The position numbers and the translations under genes are program-made. 56,468 nt of DNA from NCBI GenBank assembly GCA_021157895.1, contig JAGGVQ010000007.1, positions 1 through 56,468 of the forward strand, given 5' to 3'. The notes under the pieces are model-generated. The model searched no databases and had not been told where the DNA came from. It was given only the letters and a program-made list of their open reading frames with translations. Of the stretch, positions 1 to 9,569 are shown piece after piece. Positions within the stretch are counted from its first letter, which is position 1; the number at the start of each line of letters is the position of its first letter. The DNA is from Dehalococcoidia bacterium (GTDB taxonomy: Bacteria; Chloroflexota; Dehalococcoidia; GIF9; AB-539-J10).

Positions 1-43
1 CTTGCGTGTGAAGCAAGCGCTCTAACCACTGAGCTAACCGCCC
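1..43 (-). tRNA. tRNA-Val (anticodon CAC), 5' half; 3' part lies outside the window
   Basis: Reverse complement reads GGGCGGTTAGCTCAGTGGTTAGAGCG-CTTGC-TTCACAC-GCAAG: acceptor start, D-arm, and 5-bp anticodon stem with CAC in a 7-nt loop. Confidence 0.92.
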
Positions 44-55
44 TGGAGCGTAGTT

Positions 56-84
56 ATTTTAGCGGCGAGGGATCTATTTGTAAA
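56..84 (-). promoter_or_regulatory. sigma70-type promoter of tRNA-Val
   Basis: TTTACA-N17-TAAAAT on the minus strand, 12 nt upstream of the tRNA 5' end. Confidence 0.6.
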
Positions 85-320
85 ACCGCAGGTCCTGCTG
101 AAGCCGTTGAGGAAGTATCTTTTGCTGTCAGTTATGATTTGTGTTCTTTGTCCTGTTGTGTGCCGGGAATTGGAAAGTCTGGTCTTTGCTTGAGAAAGAT
201 AGTGTTTGCTGACAAGGCACTTGTTGGGTCGTGAGGTTTTGGGTTTTAGCTTTGTGATTGGCTATAACAAGTCAAAGTGTGGTTTAATGTGTGTCGGAAT
301 TAATCTTGAAGGAGAAATAG

Positions 321-965
321 ATGGCTCAAGTGAATTTGAATGTTGCCAAGCGCGATGTTTTGGGGAAAAAGGTGAGATTTTTACGTCGCCAGGGGCAGAC
401 CCCGGTGCATATTTTCGGTCATGGGGTGAAGTCTATGGCGGCACAGTGTGATACTGAGCAGCTTCAGCACATATTGGCTGAGCGTGGGCGGACGAAGGTT
501 CTTGCGCTTAATGTGGAGGGGGAAAAACGATCGAGGCATGTTTTAGTAGGTGAAGTCCAGAAGGATTTCCTGAGAGGCATATTGCTTCATGTGGATTTTC
601 ACCAGGTCAGGAAGACAGAGATGGTGAAGGTGGAGGTCCCGATAGTTCTGGTTGGGGAAGCTCCAGCGTTGAAGTTTCAGGAAAATACCCTGATGCATGC
701 GATTAGGTCTCTGGAGGTTGAATGTCTTCCCGACGATATTCCTGGAGAGGTTGAGCTGGATATTAGCTCTCTCACGGATAGAGGACAGATGATTAGAGTC
801 AAGGAGATTAAGCTGGGAAAGAATATTACTGTTCTTGATGATCCTGAGCAGGTTATAATTGAAGTTGAATCTCCTGCCGTAGAGAAAGAGGTGGAAGAAG
901 TGATAGAGGAGGCGGAGGTGAAGGTGGTGGGAGAGGCGCCTGAAGTGACTGAGGAAGAAGCCTAG
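321..965 (+). CDS. rplY: 50S ribosomal protein L25/Ctc (long form)
   Basis: R..G.K...LRRQG..P..IFG N-terminus, LLHVDF motif, Ctc beta-domain, acidic tail; GAAGGAG RBS. Confidence 0.95.
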   Translation: MAQVNLNVAKRDVLGKKVRFLRRQGQTPVHIFGHGVKSMAAQCDTEQLQHILAERGRTKVLALNVEGEKRSRHVLVGEVQKDFLRGILLHVDFHQVRKTEMVKVEVPIVLVGEAPALKFQENTLMHAIRSLEVECLPDDIPGEVELDISSLTDRGQMIRVKEIKLGKNITVLDDPEQVIIEVESPAVEKEVEEVIEEAEVKVVGEAPEVTEEEA

Positions 966-1063
966 AGATAACGCCAGATTTATCCTGGTTACTGCTAGGG
1001 GTCAGGTCATTTACCATGTTGTATGTTTCTTGTTGAGTCAGTCCCTGCGTGGGATGTATTTTT

Positions 1064-3367
1064 TTAGGAATACAGGTCTACCTCTTTGATTTGTTTCTGC
1101 TTGCCGTTGTATTCTACGCGGTATACTTGCAGATCGTCAGCGAAGTCTCGCACCCAACCATCGAGAGGGAAATCCGCGGTTTCTTTTACTGATAGTATGT
1201 ACTGGACATCATAGTTGGCAGCAAACTCCTTTACCAGGGAGACGAAGTGCTGCAGGTGGTTCTTGTCCAGGTTGTTGGCGGCTTCATCAATGATGACGGG
1301 CAACTGAAAGTATGTCGCCAGGGCAGTGAGTGTAGCCAGGCTGAAGAAGGACCTCTCGGCGCCGCAGGGATGGGTGATTTCCCTGTCTTTGTAGGTGGTC
1401 TTGCTGAGTCGCAGGCTCCCCTCACCGATCTCTATCCTGGAGTTGATCAGGCCTTCGGCAGCCAGTTTATCGTTGATCTCCATGATGATTTCCTGCATTC
1501 CCTGTACCAGCTCTTGTTCCTCGAAGGCGTTGTCCAGGATGGCATCGAGGGTTTTGTCCATGCCGTCTGCCACGGCAGGCACATGTGTTAGATCGACGTG
1601 CTCGGCATCATTCCGTTCCCACCTGCCCCTTTCCTGCCGTGTCAATTCCATCCATATATTTCTGTAGAGTGGTATGGCTTTTTCCATGTCTGTGAGCTGC
1701 TGCAACAGGAGATTAACTTCGTGAGTAGTGAACCTGCTTGCTTGTATGTTCAGGGGTCTTACCCTGTCGTTGATCTCCTTCAGGAAAACTGCATTCTTGC
1801 GAGATGCAATTTGTGCTATGTCAGACAGGAATGGCTTCACATCCTCCTCGGATTCGAGTTTGAGTATCTCGATATGCTCGTGGGTCAACAGTGTCAGCTT
1901 GGAGGACAGGGTATTGGTGAAATTAGATATTTTTTCTTGCTCTTCCCTCTCCCTATTCATCAGGAAAGCCTGGTATCTGCTGAGCTTGCTCAGCCTCTCG
2001 ATGAATTCACCGGAAAAGAAATTTTCTGCCCTGTTTTTGTCGTCCGCCATGCGCGCGATATTAGCTATTTTTTTACTCAGTGCCTGGACGTACTGTCTTT
2101 TGTCCTCTTCAGGTGCGTCGGGAATAGGTTCTGCGCTTAACCTGGTGAAAGCAGGGTCTTTGTCCATCATCTGTAGCGGAATGAGTGCGTGTACGGAGTT
2201 ATCAATTTTGACCAGGTCAACCCTTATCCTGGGAGCGTCCGTAGTGCTAATTTTTCTGGTTAATAGCTGTAATACTTTCTCCTTATCGCCCTTGATCCTG
2301 GCGGGGTTTTCATTAAAGTCAATCTTCTCCAGTTGTGCCAGGGCCATGGCGTTGGCATAGCGAGCCTGAGCCTCCTTGATTTCGCGGTACATGTTCTTTA
2401 CATAATTATCAAGTTTGGTATCATGAAAGCTTTCTGGTTCTGGTGGCATGGGGTTGCCTCTCCTTACCTGTCTCAGTACCGACTCGAGCGTGGCCAGGTG
2501 TTTCCTGTCTGCTCGTATCTCCTTTATTTGCTCAAAGTGCTGCTTGATCTTTTCCCCTTTCTGGAGCGAGGCCTCTATGTCTTCTCCTACCGCAGCTTGC
2601 CGTTTCATGCTCTCCAGCCATGTTTTTAGCTCACCTCTCTCCAGGCTATCGATGTGTCTCTTTAGTCTTTCGGCGACGTCGTTTATCCTGTCACATGTCT
2701 TGCCCGGTTCATATGAGGCGAAGTTGCCCACGTCGATGGATAGTTCTTCTAACTTTGATTTCAGGTCACCGACGAAGGACTCATAGTCCTTTTCTATGGT
2801 GGAGACCCTTGTTTGGGCTTCCTCCCGTAACCGTTCGGTGCGCTCTTTGAAATCCTTGGCCAGCACCTTGGCGTTTCCTGTCTCCTTGAATAACTCCCGG
2901 ATGACGGCATCAATATTTTTCTCATTCAGGTGTTTGAACCCCATGGCGCTATCGGGGGCGAACAGGGCATCGAGCAATCCTGCCTTTAGCTCCCTGGAGA
3001 TGGTACTGTTGAAATCAATTTCCCTGGGGCCGGTAGCTTCTGTTTGCAGCAGCTTGTTGGCATCCTTGTGCTGGTCTACTTCACGGCGGATTTCGAAGTG
3101 TTTTCCCTCGTGCTCAAACTCAACGGATATTTTGCCAACCCCTTCGGCTGGAGCTATCTCTCTTGTTGTGACCAGCTTGAGTTCATCATATCCCGGATTT
3201 TTTCTTGGCCTGATAACCTTGCTGAGGAAAGCGTATCTCAGAGCGTGGATGATGTTGGATTTTCCTGCTTTGTTCTCACCGTAAATCACCACGGTTTTGC
3301 CCTCGGGAAAGGCCATGGAACCTTCCATCTCCATGGCATGTTCGAAACTTACTCTGGTTAATTTCAT
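1064..3367 (-). CDS. Rad50/SbcC-like SMC-family ABC ATPase
   Basis: Walker A GENKAGKS, long coiled-coil middle, signature-like HPCGAE, Walker B/D-loop VIIDEAANNLD; directly downstream of an Mre11-like gene. Confidence 0.85.
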   Translation of the reverse strand: MKLTRVSFEHAMEMEGSMAFPEGKTVVIYGENKAGKSNIIHALRYAFLSKVIRPRKNPGYDELKLVTTREIAPAEGVGKISVEFEHEGKHFEIRREVDQHKDANKLLQTEATGPREIDFNSTISRELKAGLLDALFAPDSAMGFKHLNEKNIDAVIRELFKETGNAKVLAKDFKERTERLREEAQTRVSTIEKDYESFVGDLKSKLEELSIDVGNFASYEPGKTCDRINDVAERLKRHIDSLERGELKTWLESMKRQAAVGEDIEASLQKGEKIKQHFEQIKEIRADRKHLATLESVLRQVRRGNPMPPEPESFHDTKLDNYVKNMYREIKEAQARYANAMALAQLEKIDFNENPARIKGDKEKVLQLLTRKISTTDAPRIRVDLVKIDNSVHALIPLQMMDKDPAFTRLSAEPIPDAPEEDKRQYVQALSKKIANIARMADDKNRAENFFSGEFIERLSKLSRYQAFLMNREREEQEKISNFTNTLSSKLTLLTHEHIEILKLESEEDVKPFLSDIAQIASRKNAVFLKEINDRVRPLNIQASRFTTHEVNLLLQQLTDMEKAIPLYRNIWMELTRQERGRWERNDAEHVDLTHVPAVADGMDKTLDAILDNAFEEQELVQGMQEIIMEINDKLAAEGLINSRIEIGEGSLRLSKTTYKDREITHPCGAERSFFSLATLTALATYFQLPVIIDEAANNLDKNHLQHFVSLVKEFAANYDVQYILSVKETADFPLDGWVRDFADDLQVYRVEYNGKQKQIKEVDLYS

Positions 3368-3373
3368 CCTGCT

Positions 3374-4648
3374 TTATCTCTTCTTCCACAGTGGTTCGAC
3401 TTTCTGGAGAAAGCCAGGAAGATTTTCTTGTGATACTCCATAGTCAGTGGCGGATAATTCCAGGAGTCTCTGGAAGAGGTACCTGCTGAGGTTACTGTCC
3501 GGTCTCTTAGATAGATTGCTGGCAGTGAAGATTTCATCAAATACTTTTTGTGCCACTTCTCTATCTGGCCAGGGCATGGAGGACAACACCTTGGCTTGCA
3601 GATCAGACAGGCTGATGATCTTATCCATTCCCTTCAGTTCTGCTGGCTTCCTGGTATCTTTCTTCGCCCTGACATCTATATCCATGGTGTTTATTTCGAG
3701 ATATTTATTAGCTTCCCTTGCCACAGTATCTTTGAAGCTCACTCCTTCAGCTGAAATCCAGACCCAGATGTTGTTTCTGTCCTCCCGTTCCATGAGCCTG
3801 GAGTAGATCTCGTCGACGCCACTGATGACATCAGCAGGGGTATCGCCTTTGATCTCCATCCGCACTATGCTTTGTATCGGCGTGTATCTACGGAAGGAGA
3901 GTTCACCATTCAGCATCACGTAGCCGAAAGGGGAATTTCTGACCTCGGGCTGTAAATCGCCGGGCCACTGGTATTTTACGGTGAAGTTGTTTTTCAACTG
4001 GCGTGATGGGATTAACGCAGGCAGGCTATAGAGGTTGTCTATGTCCAATGGGCCGTGAGCATAATGGTGCATGTGCCCGTTGAGTACCATGACGAATCTT
4101 TGCCCCAGCTTCTGGAATATCTCCTGCTCCAATCCTGGTATGCCCCGGGGTATAGTCTCGTGCATGATGAGGATTTCTCCCTCTCCGGGGAGTTCCTCGT
4201 CAGGGATTCGATAATTACCCTGGCGGTAGCGGGTTTCCAGGAAATATACCTGGCGACCGCAGATTTCCCGTGCTTCATCTCGCACAAACTGGAATCCATC
4301 CCCGAGGAAGTCCTGGAGTTCCTTTAGCACCGAGGCAGAGTCATGATTTCCTCTCAATGCGTATATTCCGTATTTGGTGGATGACATCAGTCGTTTTATC
4401 TCGCTGCGGATCTCAGGCCAGTACTTGGCGGCCTCTGAATCTGCTATCAGTTCTCCGCCCTTTTCCCGCTCGTCAAACATGTCGCCGGCAAGGATGATTG
4501 CCTGGGGCTCCTCTGCTATGATTTGGCTGATAACCCTGTTGAAGTTTTGCAGCGATAGCTCACCGCGCGGTGAGCGCGTGTTTTCATCCTTGTAGCGTTC
4601 AGCCTGTATTAGAAGGTGGGCGTCGCTGAGAATGGCTATCTTGCACAT
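3374..4648 (-). CDS. Mre11/SbcD-like metallophosphoesterase nuclease
   Basis: All five calcineurin-like motifs: SDAH, AGDMFD, RGNHD, MHE, NGHMH. Confidence 0.88.
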   Translation of the reverse strand: MCKIAILSDAHLLIQAERYKDENTRSPRGELSLQNFNRVISQIIAEEPQAIILAGDMFDEREKGGELIADSEAAKYWPEIRSEIKRLMSSTKYGIYALRGNHDSASVLKELQDFLGDGFQFVRDEAREICGRQVYFLETRYRQGNYRIPDEELPGEGEILIMHETIPRGIPGLEQEIFQKLGQRFVMVLNGHMHHYAHGPLDIDNLYSLPALIPSRQLKNNFTVKYQWPGDLQPEVRNSPFGYVMLNGELSFRRYTPIQSIVRMEIKGDTPADVISGVDEIYSRLMEREDRNNIWVWISAEGVSFKDTVAREANKYLEINTMDIDVRAKKDTRKPAELKGMDKIISLSDLQAKVLSSMPWPDREVAQKVFDEIFTASNLSKRPDSNLSRYLFQRLLELSATDYGVSQENLPGFLQKVEPLWKKR

Positions 4649-4679
4649 GGACTGTTTTATGCACCTGTTTACTATTGGT

Positions 4680-4883
4680 TCAGTATATCATACGGCAATC
4701 GGGGATTACGTTGGATTGTGGTCGGCAGTTTTTCCAGCAGCACAAAAACTTGGCATAGCAGTAAAGACAGGCATGCTGGCAGCCTACATACTGGTTTATA
4801 GCGTATTTTATGCCAGGTATTTTTGTAGGCGTGAATATCTGTTTTGCCGTGATGTTGTAAATGTTGGGTGTTTGTTGCTGCAA
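4680..4883 (-). pseudogene. truncated radical SAM protein (spore photoproduct lyase-like family), N-terminal fragment
   Basis: YAINQYVGCQHACLYCYA contains the CxxxCxxC motif in the N-terminal context of SPL-like proteins, but the ORF stops at 67 aa with no TIM barrel. Confidence 0.75.
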
Positions 4884-4925
4884 TGTCTTGGTAAGTTCAG
4901 CGCAATTGCTTATGTAAGGCAGGTG

Positions 4926-5492
4926 TCATGTTTTAGGTTGTTGCTGTGCCTGTATGGAGATGATCTCGCTGCCTGCCTCAAATAGCTGCGACTTGATTTC
5001 GTGTACTAGCCCCCAGGACTGAGCCTCCTCGGGGTTCAGGGTTGTTCTTTCCAGCATTGCTGTTGTTACCTCGTCTACAGTCTTTCCTGTGTTTACTGCG
5101 ATTACCTTGGCGATATTCTCAATGTCAATCCTGAGTCCCTTTAACCTTTCTTCCAGTTGTTTTTCCTCCAGGCTTTGATTTGTGGGGAACTGCGCATTGA
5201 CGCCGTGGAGCAAGAATCTCGCCTGGGGCACAGATAGCCTTTTGGAGCCGGCACAATACAGGACAATTCCGATGGAGTCTACGCTGCCAAAATTATGTGT
5301 GGTGATGTTTGCTGGCAATCCCCTGAGGTAGTTGTATGTGCTTAAGCCGTGAATTACAGATCCACCAGGGGAGGATATGAGTATGGTGAAATCCCTCACC
5401 CCCTGTTTCATTTTCTGGTCGATAGCATTCATCAGGGCGTTAGCAGTGGCGTCTATGACGGGAGCAAAGAACTTAATTACTACTGGTTTCAT
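4926..5492 (-). CDS. ClpP-like serine protease (S14 family, divergent)
   Basis: ISSPGGSV, GSVDSIG (nucleophile Ser), RFLLHG (His), LNPEEAQSWGLV. Confidence 0.85.
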   Translation of the reverse strand: MKPVVIKFFAPVIDATANALMNAIDQKMKQGVRDFTILISSPGGSVIHGLSTYNYLRGLPANITTHNFGSVDSIGIVLYCAGSKRLSVPQARFLLHGVNAQFPTNQSLEEKQLEERLKGLRIDIENIAKVIAVNTGKTVDEVTTAMLERTTLNPEEAQSWGLVHEIKSQLFEAGSEIISIQAQQQPKT

Positions 5493-5609
5493 ATTTTACT
5501 TTATCCTATCACATGTGGTGAAGTTCGGTAACAGGTTGAGCCATAGCGAAGCAGCCTGCCGTTTCCCTGCTCATGCAAAACAAATTGTAGTGCAGGGACA
5601 GGGCTAGAA

Positions 5610-6443
5610 CTAAATGTTTTCCCCGAGCTCTTCTAGTTGCTGGTAGGAAAAGACAGGACCATCCAGACAGACGTATTTTTCACCAATGTTACAGTGGCCA
5701 CATTTCCCCAAGCCGCATTCCATCCTTCTTTCCATAGTGGTGATAATTCTGTCTTTCTTAAACCCCAACTTCAGTAAGTCCAGGATTATAAAATGTATCA
5801 TTATAGGAGGGCCACAGACAAAGGCTGTCGTATTTTCAATGTTCATATTGATTTTGGGCAAGAGCGATCCTACTACCCCTATATTGTTTTGCCAGCCATT
5901 ATCAGGGGCAGTGTCAACTGTAAGTAGAACTTCACTGTTTTTGAGCTCTGCCCATCTGCTAATATCGTCCCGGAAGCAGAGCAGGGCAGGATATCTGGCA
6001 CCATAGAGTATGCTTATTTTGCCAAATTTGTTTCTCTCGGAGAACATCTGGTTGATCAGGGAGCGAAGGGGGGCGAGCCCAATCCCTCCAGCTACAAAGA
6101 GGATATCGTTACTTTTCACTTCATCAAATGGAAACCCATTCCCGTAAGGGCCCCTGAACCCGATGATGTCTCCTTCCCGTTTAAGGTGCAGGGCCTGGGT
6201 AACCTTGCCTACTCCAGCTACGCTTAATTCAAAGTAGCCTTTATTTACAGGAGAGGAAGTAATAGAGATAGGAGCCTCTCCTGCTCCAAACACTGTTACC
6301 TCGCCGAACTGTCCCGGGCGATAATTAAAGGATTCTCTTTCCACTGGGTCTTTAAATGTTAGAGTGAAGGTCTTTACGCCTTCAGCTTCGTTTCTGATCT
6401 TTTCTATAGTTACTAGATGAGGAGCATAGATGTTCTCTGTCAT
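5610..6443 (-). CDS. FAD/NAD(P)-binding [2Fe-2S] subunit (sulfhydrogenase gamma/AsrB-like)
   Basis: PGQF, RGPYGNGF, AGGIGLAPLRS, CGPPIM, C-terminal CGLGKCGHC...C cluster motif. Confidence 0.9.
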   Translation of the reverse strand: MTENIYAPHLVTIEKIRNEAEGVKTFTLTFKDPVERESFNYRPGQFGEVTVFGAGEAPISITSSPVNKGYFELSVAGVGKVTQALHLKREGDIIGFRGPYGNGFPFDEVKSNDILFVAGGIGLAPLRSLINQMFSERNKFGKISILYGARYPALLCFRDDISRWAELKNSEVLLTVDTAPDNGWQNNIGVVGSLLPKINMNIENTTAFVCGPPIMIHFIILDLLKLGFKKDRIITTMERRMECGLGKCGHCNIGEKYVCLDGPVFSYQQLEELGENI

Positions 6444-7477
6444 TTCTGCCTCCCTAAGATTCCCAAGATATGAGTAATATTAATCTCACTGGGACAAACT
6501 TCTGTGCATCTTCCACAGCCTGTGCATCCTATTGCCCCATTATGTCTGGCTGGGACGTAGGAAAACTTGTCGTATATTCTCTGGCGCAATCTCTCTGCCT
6601 GAGTCTTTCGGGTGTTTTCAGCTGCCATCTGGGTATATCCGCCGAGCTGGCAGCTATCCCAGTATCTTACTCTCGTAGAATTTTGCTCGTGTTCATCGGC
6701 TATATCCTCAATATTGAAGCAGTAACATGTGGGGCAGATGAAATTACAACCCCCGCAAAGGATGCAGTTTTTTGACTCTTCAGCCCAAAGGGGATCGTCC
6801 CATGCTTTAGTCAATGCTGCTTTCACCCTGTCCTGATCCACAGAGTACAGGAAGGCCTGCTTACACTGTTTTTCTATTTCATTGGATTTATTTTTCTCCT
6901 CATCTGAGGCAGTGGCAAAGAGGTTGGCTCTTCTTTCTATCAATTCCTCACCCGCCTTGCTACCAATTTCCACCAGAAATTGGTTACCTAGATTGGTAAA
7001 GAGGAGGTCAAAAGCATTTGAATTAGTGGCGAAAGGGCCTGTTCCCATGGAGCTACAGAAGCCTGCCTCGCAGGGCTCATTGCAATTCAGCCCCATAAGG
7101 ATAGTATTTTCTCGCCGCGCGTGATAATAGCTATCAACATAGCGGGATAAAAAGACACTATCTAGTGTTTTGATCCCGTAGAGGTCACAAGGCCTGATTC
7201 CCCAGATGACTCGCTTGTCTTTGTTTATGTGAGCTTTGATTGTTGCCTTTCCCTCCTTGGTGGCAAAGGTGAACATCTCCTCCTGTTGTGGGAAAAAGTA
7301 TTCTTTGGGAGGGACTAAAGGTCTGCCGGCGAAATCAATCTCTGGCCTGGCATGAGCCATGCTGCTAAATGATAAGTTTCCATTGTTGTAGCTGGGCACG
7401 GTAACCTCAAAGTCGGGCATTAACTTCTCCAGGAATTCAACAAGTTTTGTTTTATCCAGTATCTTCATTTCGCTCAT
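6440..7477 (-). CDS. 4Fe-4S dicluster protein (sulfhydrogenase beta/AsrA-like)
   Basis: GIRPCD, CILCGGCNFICPTCYCF, RYWDSC, CTGCGRCTEVCP; overlaps the AsrB-like gene by 4 nt. Confidence 0.9.
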   Translation of the reverse strand: MSEMKILDKTKLVEFLEKLMPDFEVTVPSYNNGNLSFSSMAHARPEIDFAGRPLVPPKEYFFPQQEEMFTFATKEGKATIKAHINKDKRVIWGIRPCDLYGIKTLDSVFLSRYVDSYYHARRENTILMGLNCNEPCEAGFCSSMGTGPFATNSNAFDLLFTNLGNQFLVEIGSKAGEELIERRANLFATASDEEKNKSNEIEKQCKQAFLYSVDQDRVKAALTKAWDDPLWAEESKNCILCGGCNFICPTCYCFNIEDIADEHEQNSTRVRYWDSCQLGGYTQMAAENTRKTQAERLRQRIYDKFSYVPARHNGAIGCTGCGRCTEVCPSEINITHILGILGRQK

Positions 7478-7482
7478 GGTTT

Positions 7483-9516
7483 CTACCCTCTCTCCAGCTT
7501 AACGGCACATACTTTGTATTCGGGGATTTCGGCTACCGGGTCCAGGTTAGCTGCTGTGAGCTTGTTGGCTGCTGCCTCAGCAAAGTGGAAGGGGATGAAC
7601 ACTAATCCCTCCTGGATTGTATCAACAACTTTGGCTTGTAGAGAAATGTCTCCCCTTCTTGAGGAAACTTTTACTGTCGCTTTATTTCGTATTCCTACCT
7701 TCGCAGCGTCTTGAGGATTAATCTCTACAAATCCTTCAGGGATTTCTCTATTCAGTGCCCAGTCTTTCCGTGTCATTGTCCCTGTGTGCCAGTGGAAGCC
7801 AACCCGCCCGGTGGTAAGAGTAAAAGGATAGTTGGCATCTGGTAATTCGACTGGTGGACGATAGGGTATAGCAAAGAGCTTGCCCTGTCCTCCGGCGCGG
7901 CTAAATTTCTCCTTGTGAAGATAAGGTGTGCCTGGATGGTCTGGTGAGGGGCAAGGCCAGCTTAGCCCTCCGCCTTCCAGGCGATTATAGCTAATGCCCG
8001 CGTAGCTTGGGGTTAGCTTCGCTATTTCATCCATCACTTCGCTAGGAGAGGGATAAGCCATTTTATAGCCAAGATGGGAAGATAGCTCAGTTATTATTTT
8101 CCAATCGGGTCTACTTTCACCTATGGGGTCAATAGCCTTCCTCACTCGCTGCACCTTCCTCTCGGTAGAGGTAAAAGTGCCGTCCTTTTCGGCGAAGGAA
8201 ACCCCGGGAAGAACTATGTGGGCTAGCTTGGCGGTCTCAGTTAGGAAGATGTCCTGTACAACCAGAAAATCCAGCTTCTTCAGGGCTTTCTCAGTATGGT
8301 TTATGTCAGGGTCAGATATCATAGGATTCTCTCCCATGATGTAGAGTGCCTTGATACTACCATCTATAAATTTATTCATTGCCCCGGTCACAGTAGCCCC
8401 CGGTTTTGAGGGCAATTTCACCCCCCACGCTTTCTCGAACTTCTGCCGTAATTCATCGTTGGCTACTGCTTGATAGCCAGGGAAGACATTGGGCAGGGCT
8501 CCCATATCACAAGCACCCTGAACATTATTCTGTCCTCGCAATGGATTCACCCCGGTAGATTCTTTGCCTACATTACCTGTTACCATGGCAAGGTTGGCAC
8601 ATGACATGACATTATCAACCCCGGTGGTGTGTTGGGTAATTCCCATAGCGTATATAATGCTACTGCTTTTACCTGTAGCGTAAATGCGGGCTGCCTCTAT
8701 GATTTGTTCTGCAGGCACTCCAGTAATTCGAGATGTTTTCTGTGGGGTGAATTTGGCTACTTCCTCTCTGAGTGCCCCGAAACCTTCGGTGCGACCACTG
8801 ATGAATTTTTTATCTATCAAGCCCTCGGTGATAATTACATTAAGCATACCGTTGATGAGAGCCACATCCGTTCCTACTTTGTGACTGAGGTGGATAGTGG
8901 CTATCTTGGTTAGCTGAATTTGCCGTGGGTCGGCGATAATTAACTTGGCTCCCCCTTTTACTGCCTTTATTATCTGATTGGCGACCAGTGGGTGCTGCTC
9001 ACTGGTATTTGAGCCAATCACAAAAATTACATCAGCATTACCAATCTCGGGAATAGAATTGGTCATAGCCCCACTGCCAAAAGTCTGGGCGAGGCCGATG
9101 ACTGTAGATGAGTGACATAAGCGGGCACATTGGTCAATATTATTGGTTCCGATAGCAGCTCGAGCGAGCTTTTGCAACAGGTAGTTCTCCTCGTTGGTAC
9201 ATTTCGACGAGGAGAAGACAGCGATAGAATCACTTCCATGCTGCTCTTTTATTTGCTGGAGTTTATTTGCAATCAGCTTGTAGCTTTCATCCCAGGATGC
9301 TTCTCTAAATTTATCCCCTTGCCTGATTAAGGGTGTTTTTAGTCTTTCCGGGCTATGGATATAGTCGTGTCCCCTCCATCCCTTAATGCACAGTTTACCC
9401 TGGCTCACCGGGTGTGAAGGGCAAGGATAAACAGCAACAACTCTATTATTCTCAACCCCTAAGTAGAAATTGCAGCCGCACCCACAAAATTCGCAGGTAG
9501 TCAGTACCTTCTTCAA
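7483..9516 (-). CDS. fdhF: Mo/W-bisPGD formate dehydrogenase catalytic subunit (Cys-type, no Tat signal)
   Basis: N-terminal CEFCGCGC...C [4Fe-4S] motif, active site CARLCH, LRGQNNVQG, C-terminal PEYKVCAV; TTG start after GAAGGAGG. Confidence 0.93.
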   Translation of the reverse strand: MKKVLTTCEFCGCGCNFYLGVENNRVVAVYPCPSHPVSQGKLCIKGWRGHDYIHSPERLKTPLIRQGDKFREASWDESYKLIANKLQQIKEQHGSDSIAVFSSSKCTNEENYLLQKLARAAIGTNNIDQCARLCHSSTVIGLAQTFGSGAMTNSIPEIGNADVIFVIGSNTSEQHPLVANQIIKAVKGGAKLIIADPRQIQLTKIATIHLSHKVGTDVALINGMLNVIITEGLIDKKFISGRTEGFGALREEVAKFTPQKTSRITGVPAEQIIEAARIYATGKSSSIIYAMGITQHTTGVDNVMSCANLAMVTGNVGKESTGVNPLRGQNNVQGACDMGALPNVFPGYQAVANDELRQKFEKAWGVKLPSKPGATVTGAMNKFIDGSIKALYIMGENPMISDPDINHTEKALKKLDFLVVQDIFLTETAKLAHIVLPGVSFAEKDGTFTSTERKVQRVRKAIDPIGESRPDWKIITELSSHLGYKMAYPSPSEVMDEIAKLTPSYAGISYNRLEGGGLSWPCPSPDHPGTPYLHKEKFSRAGGQGKLFAIPYRPPVELPDANYPFTLTTGRVGFHWHTGTMTRKDWALNREIPEGFVEINPQDAAKVGIRNKATVKVSSRRGDISLQAKVVDTIQEGLVFIPFHFAEAAANKLTAANLDPVAEIPEYKVCAVKLERG

Positions 9517-9569
9517 TATTGGCCTCCTTCACTCCTATACCCCGAAGATTGGATTCCTTGCGCTTGTGA

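Noticed and set aside
1-43. tRNA-Val as integration site for the accessory block
   Set aside because: Its 3' end points out of the window, rplY lies between it and the block, and no integrase or att duplication is seen.
966-1063. Remainder of the truncated radical SAM gene after the Rad50-like gene
   Set aside because: Only a three-residue resemblance (HGK then stop), not distinguishable from chance.
9110-9130. Selenocysteine in FdhF
   Set aside because: The active-site codon is TGT (Cys) and the frame has no internal TGA.
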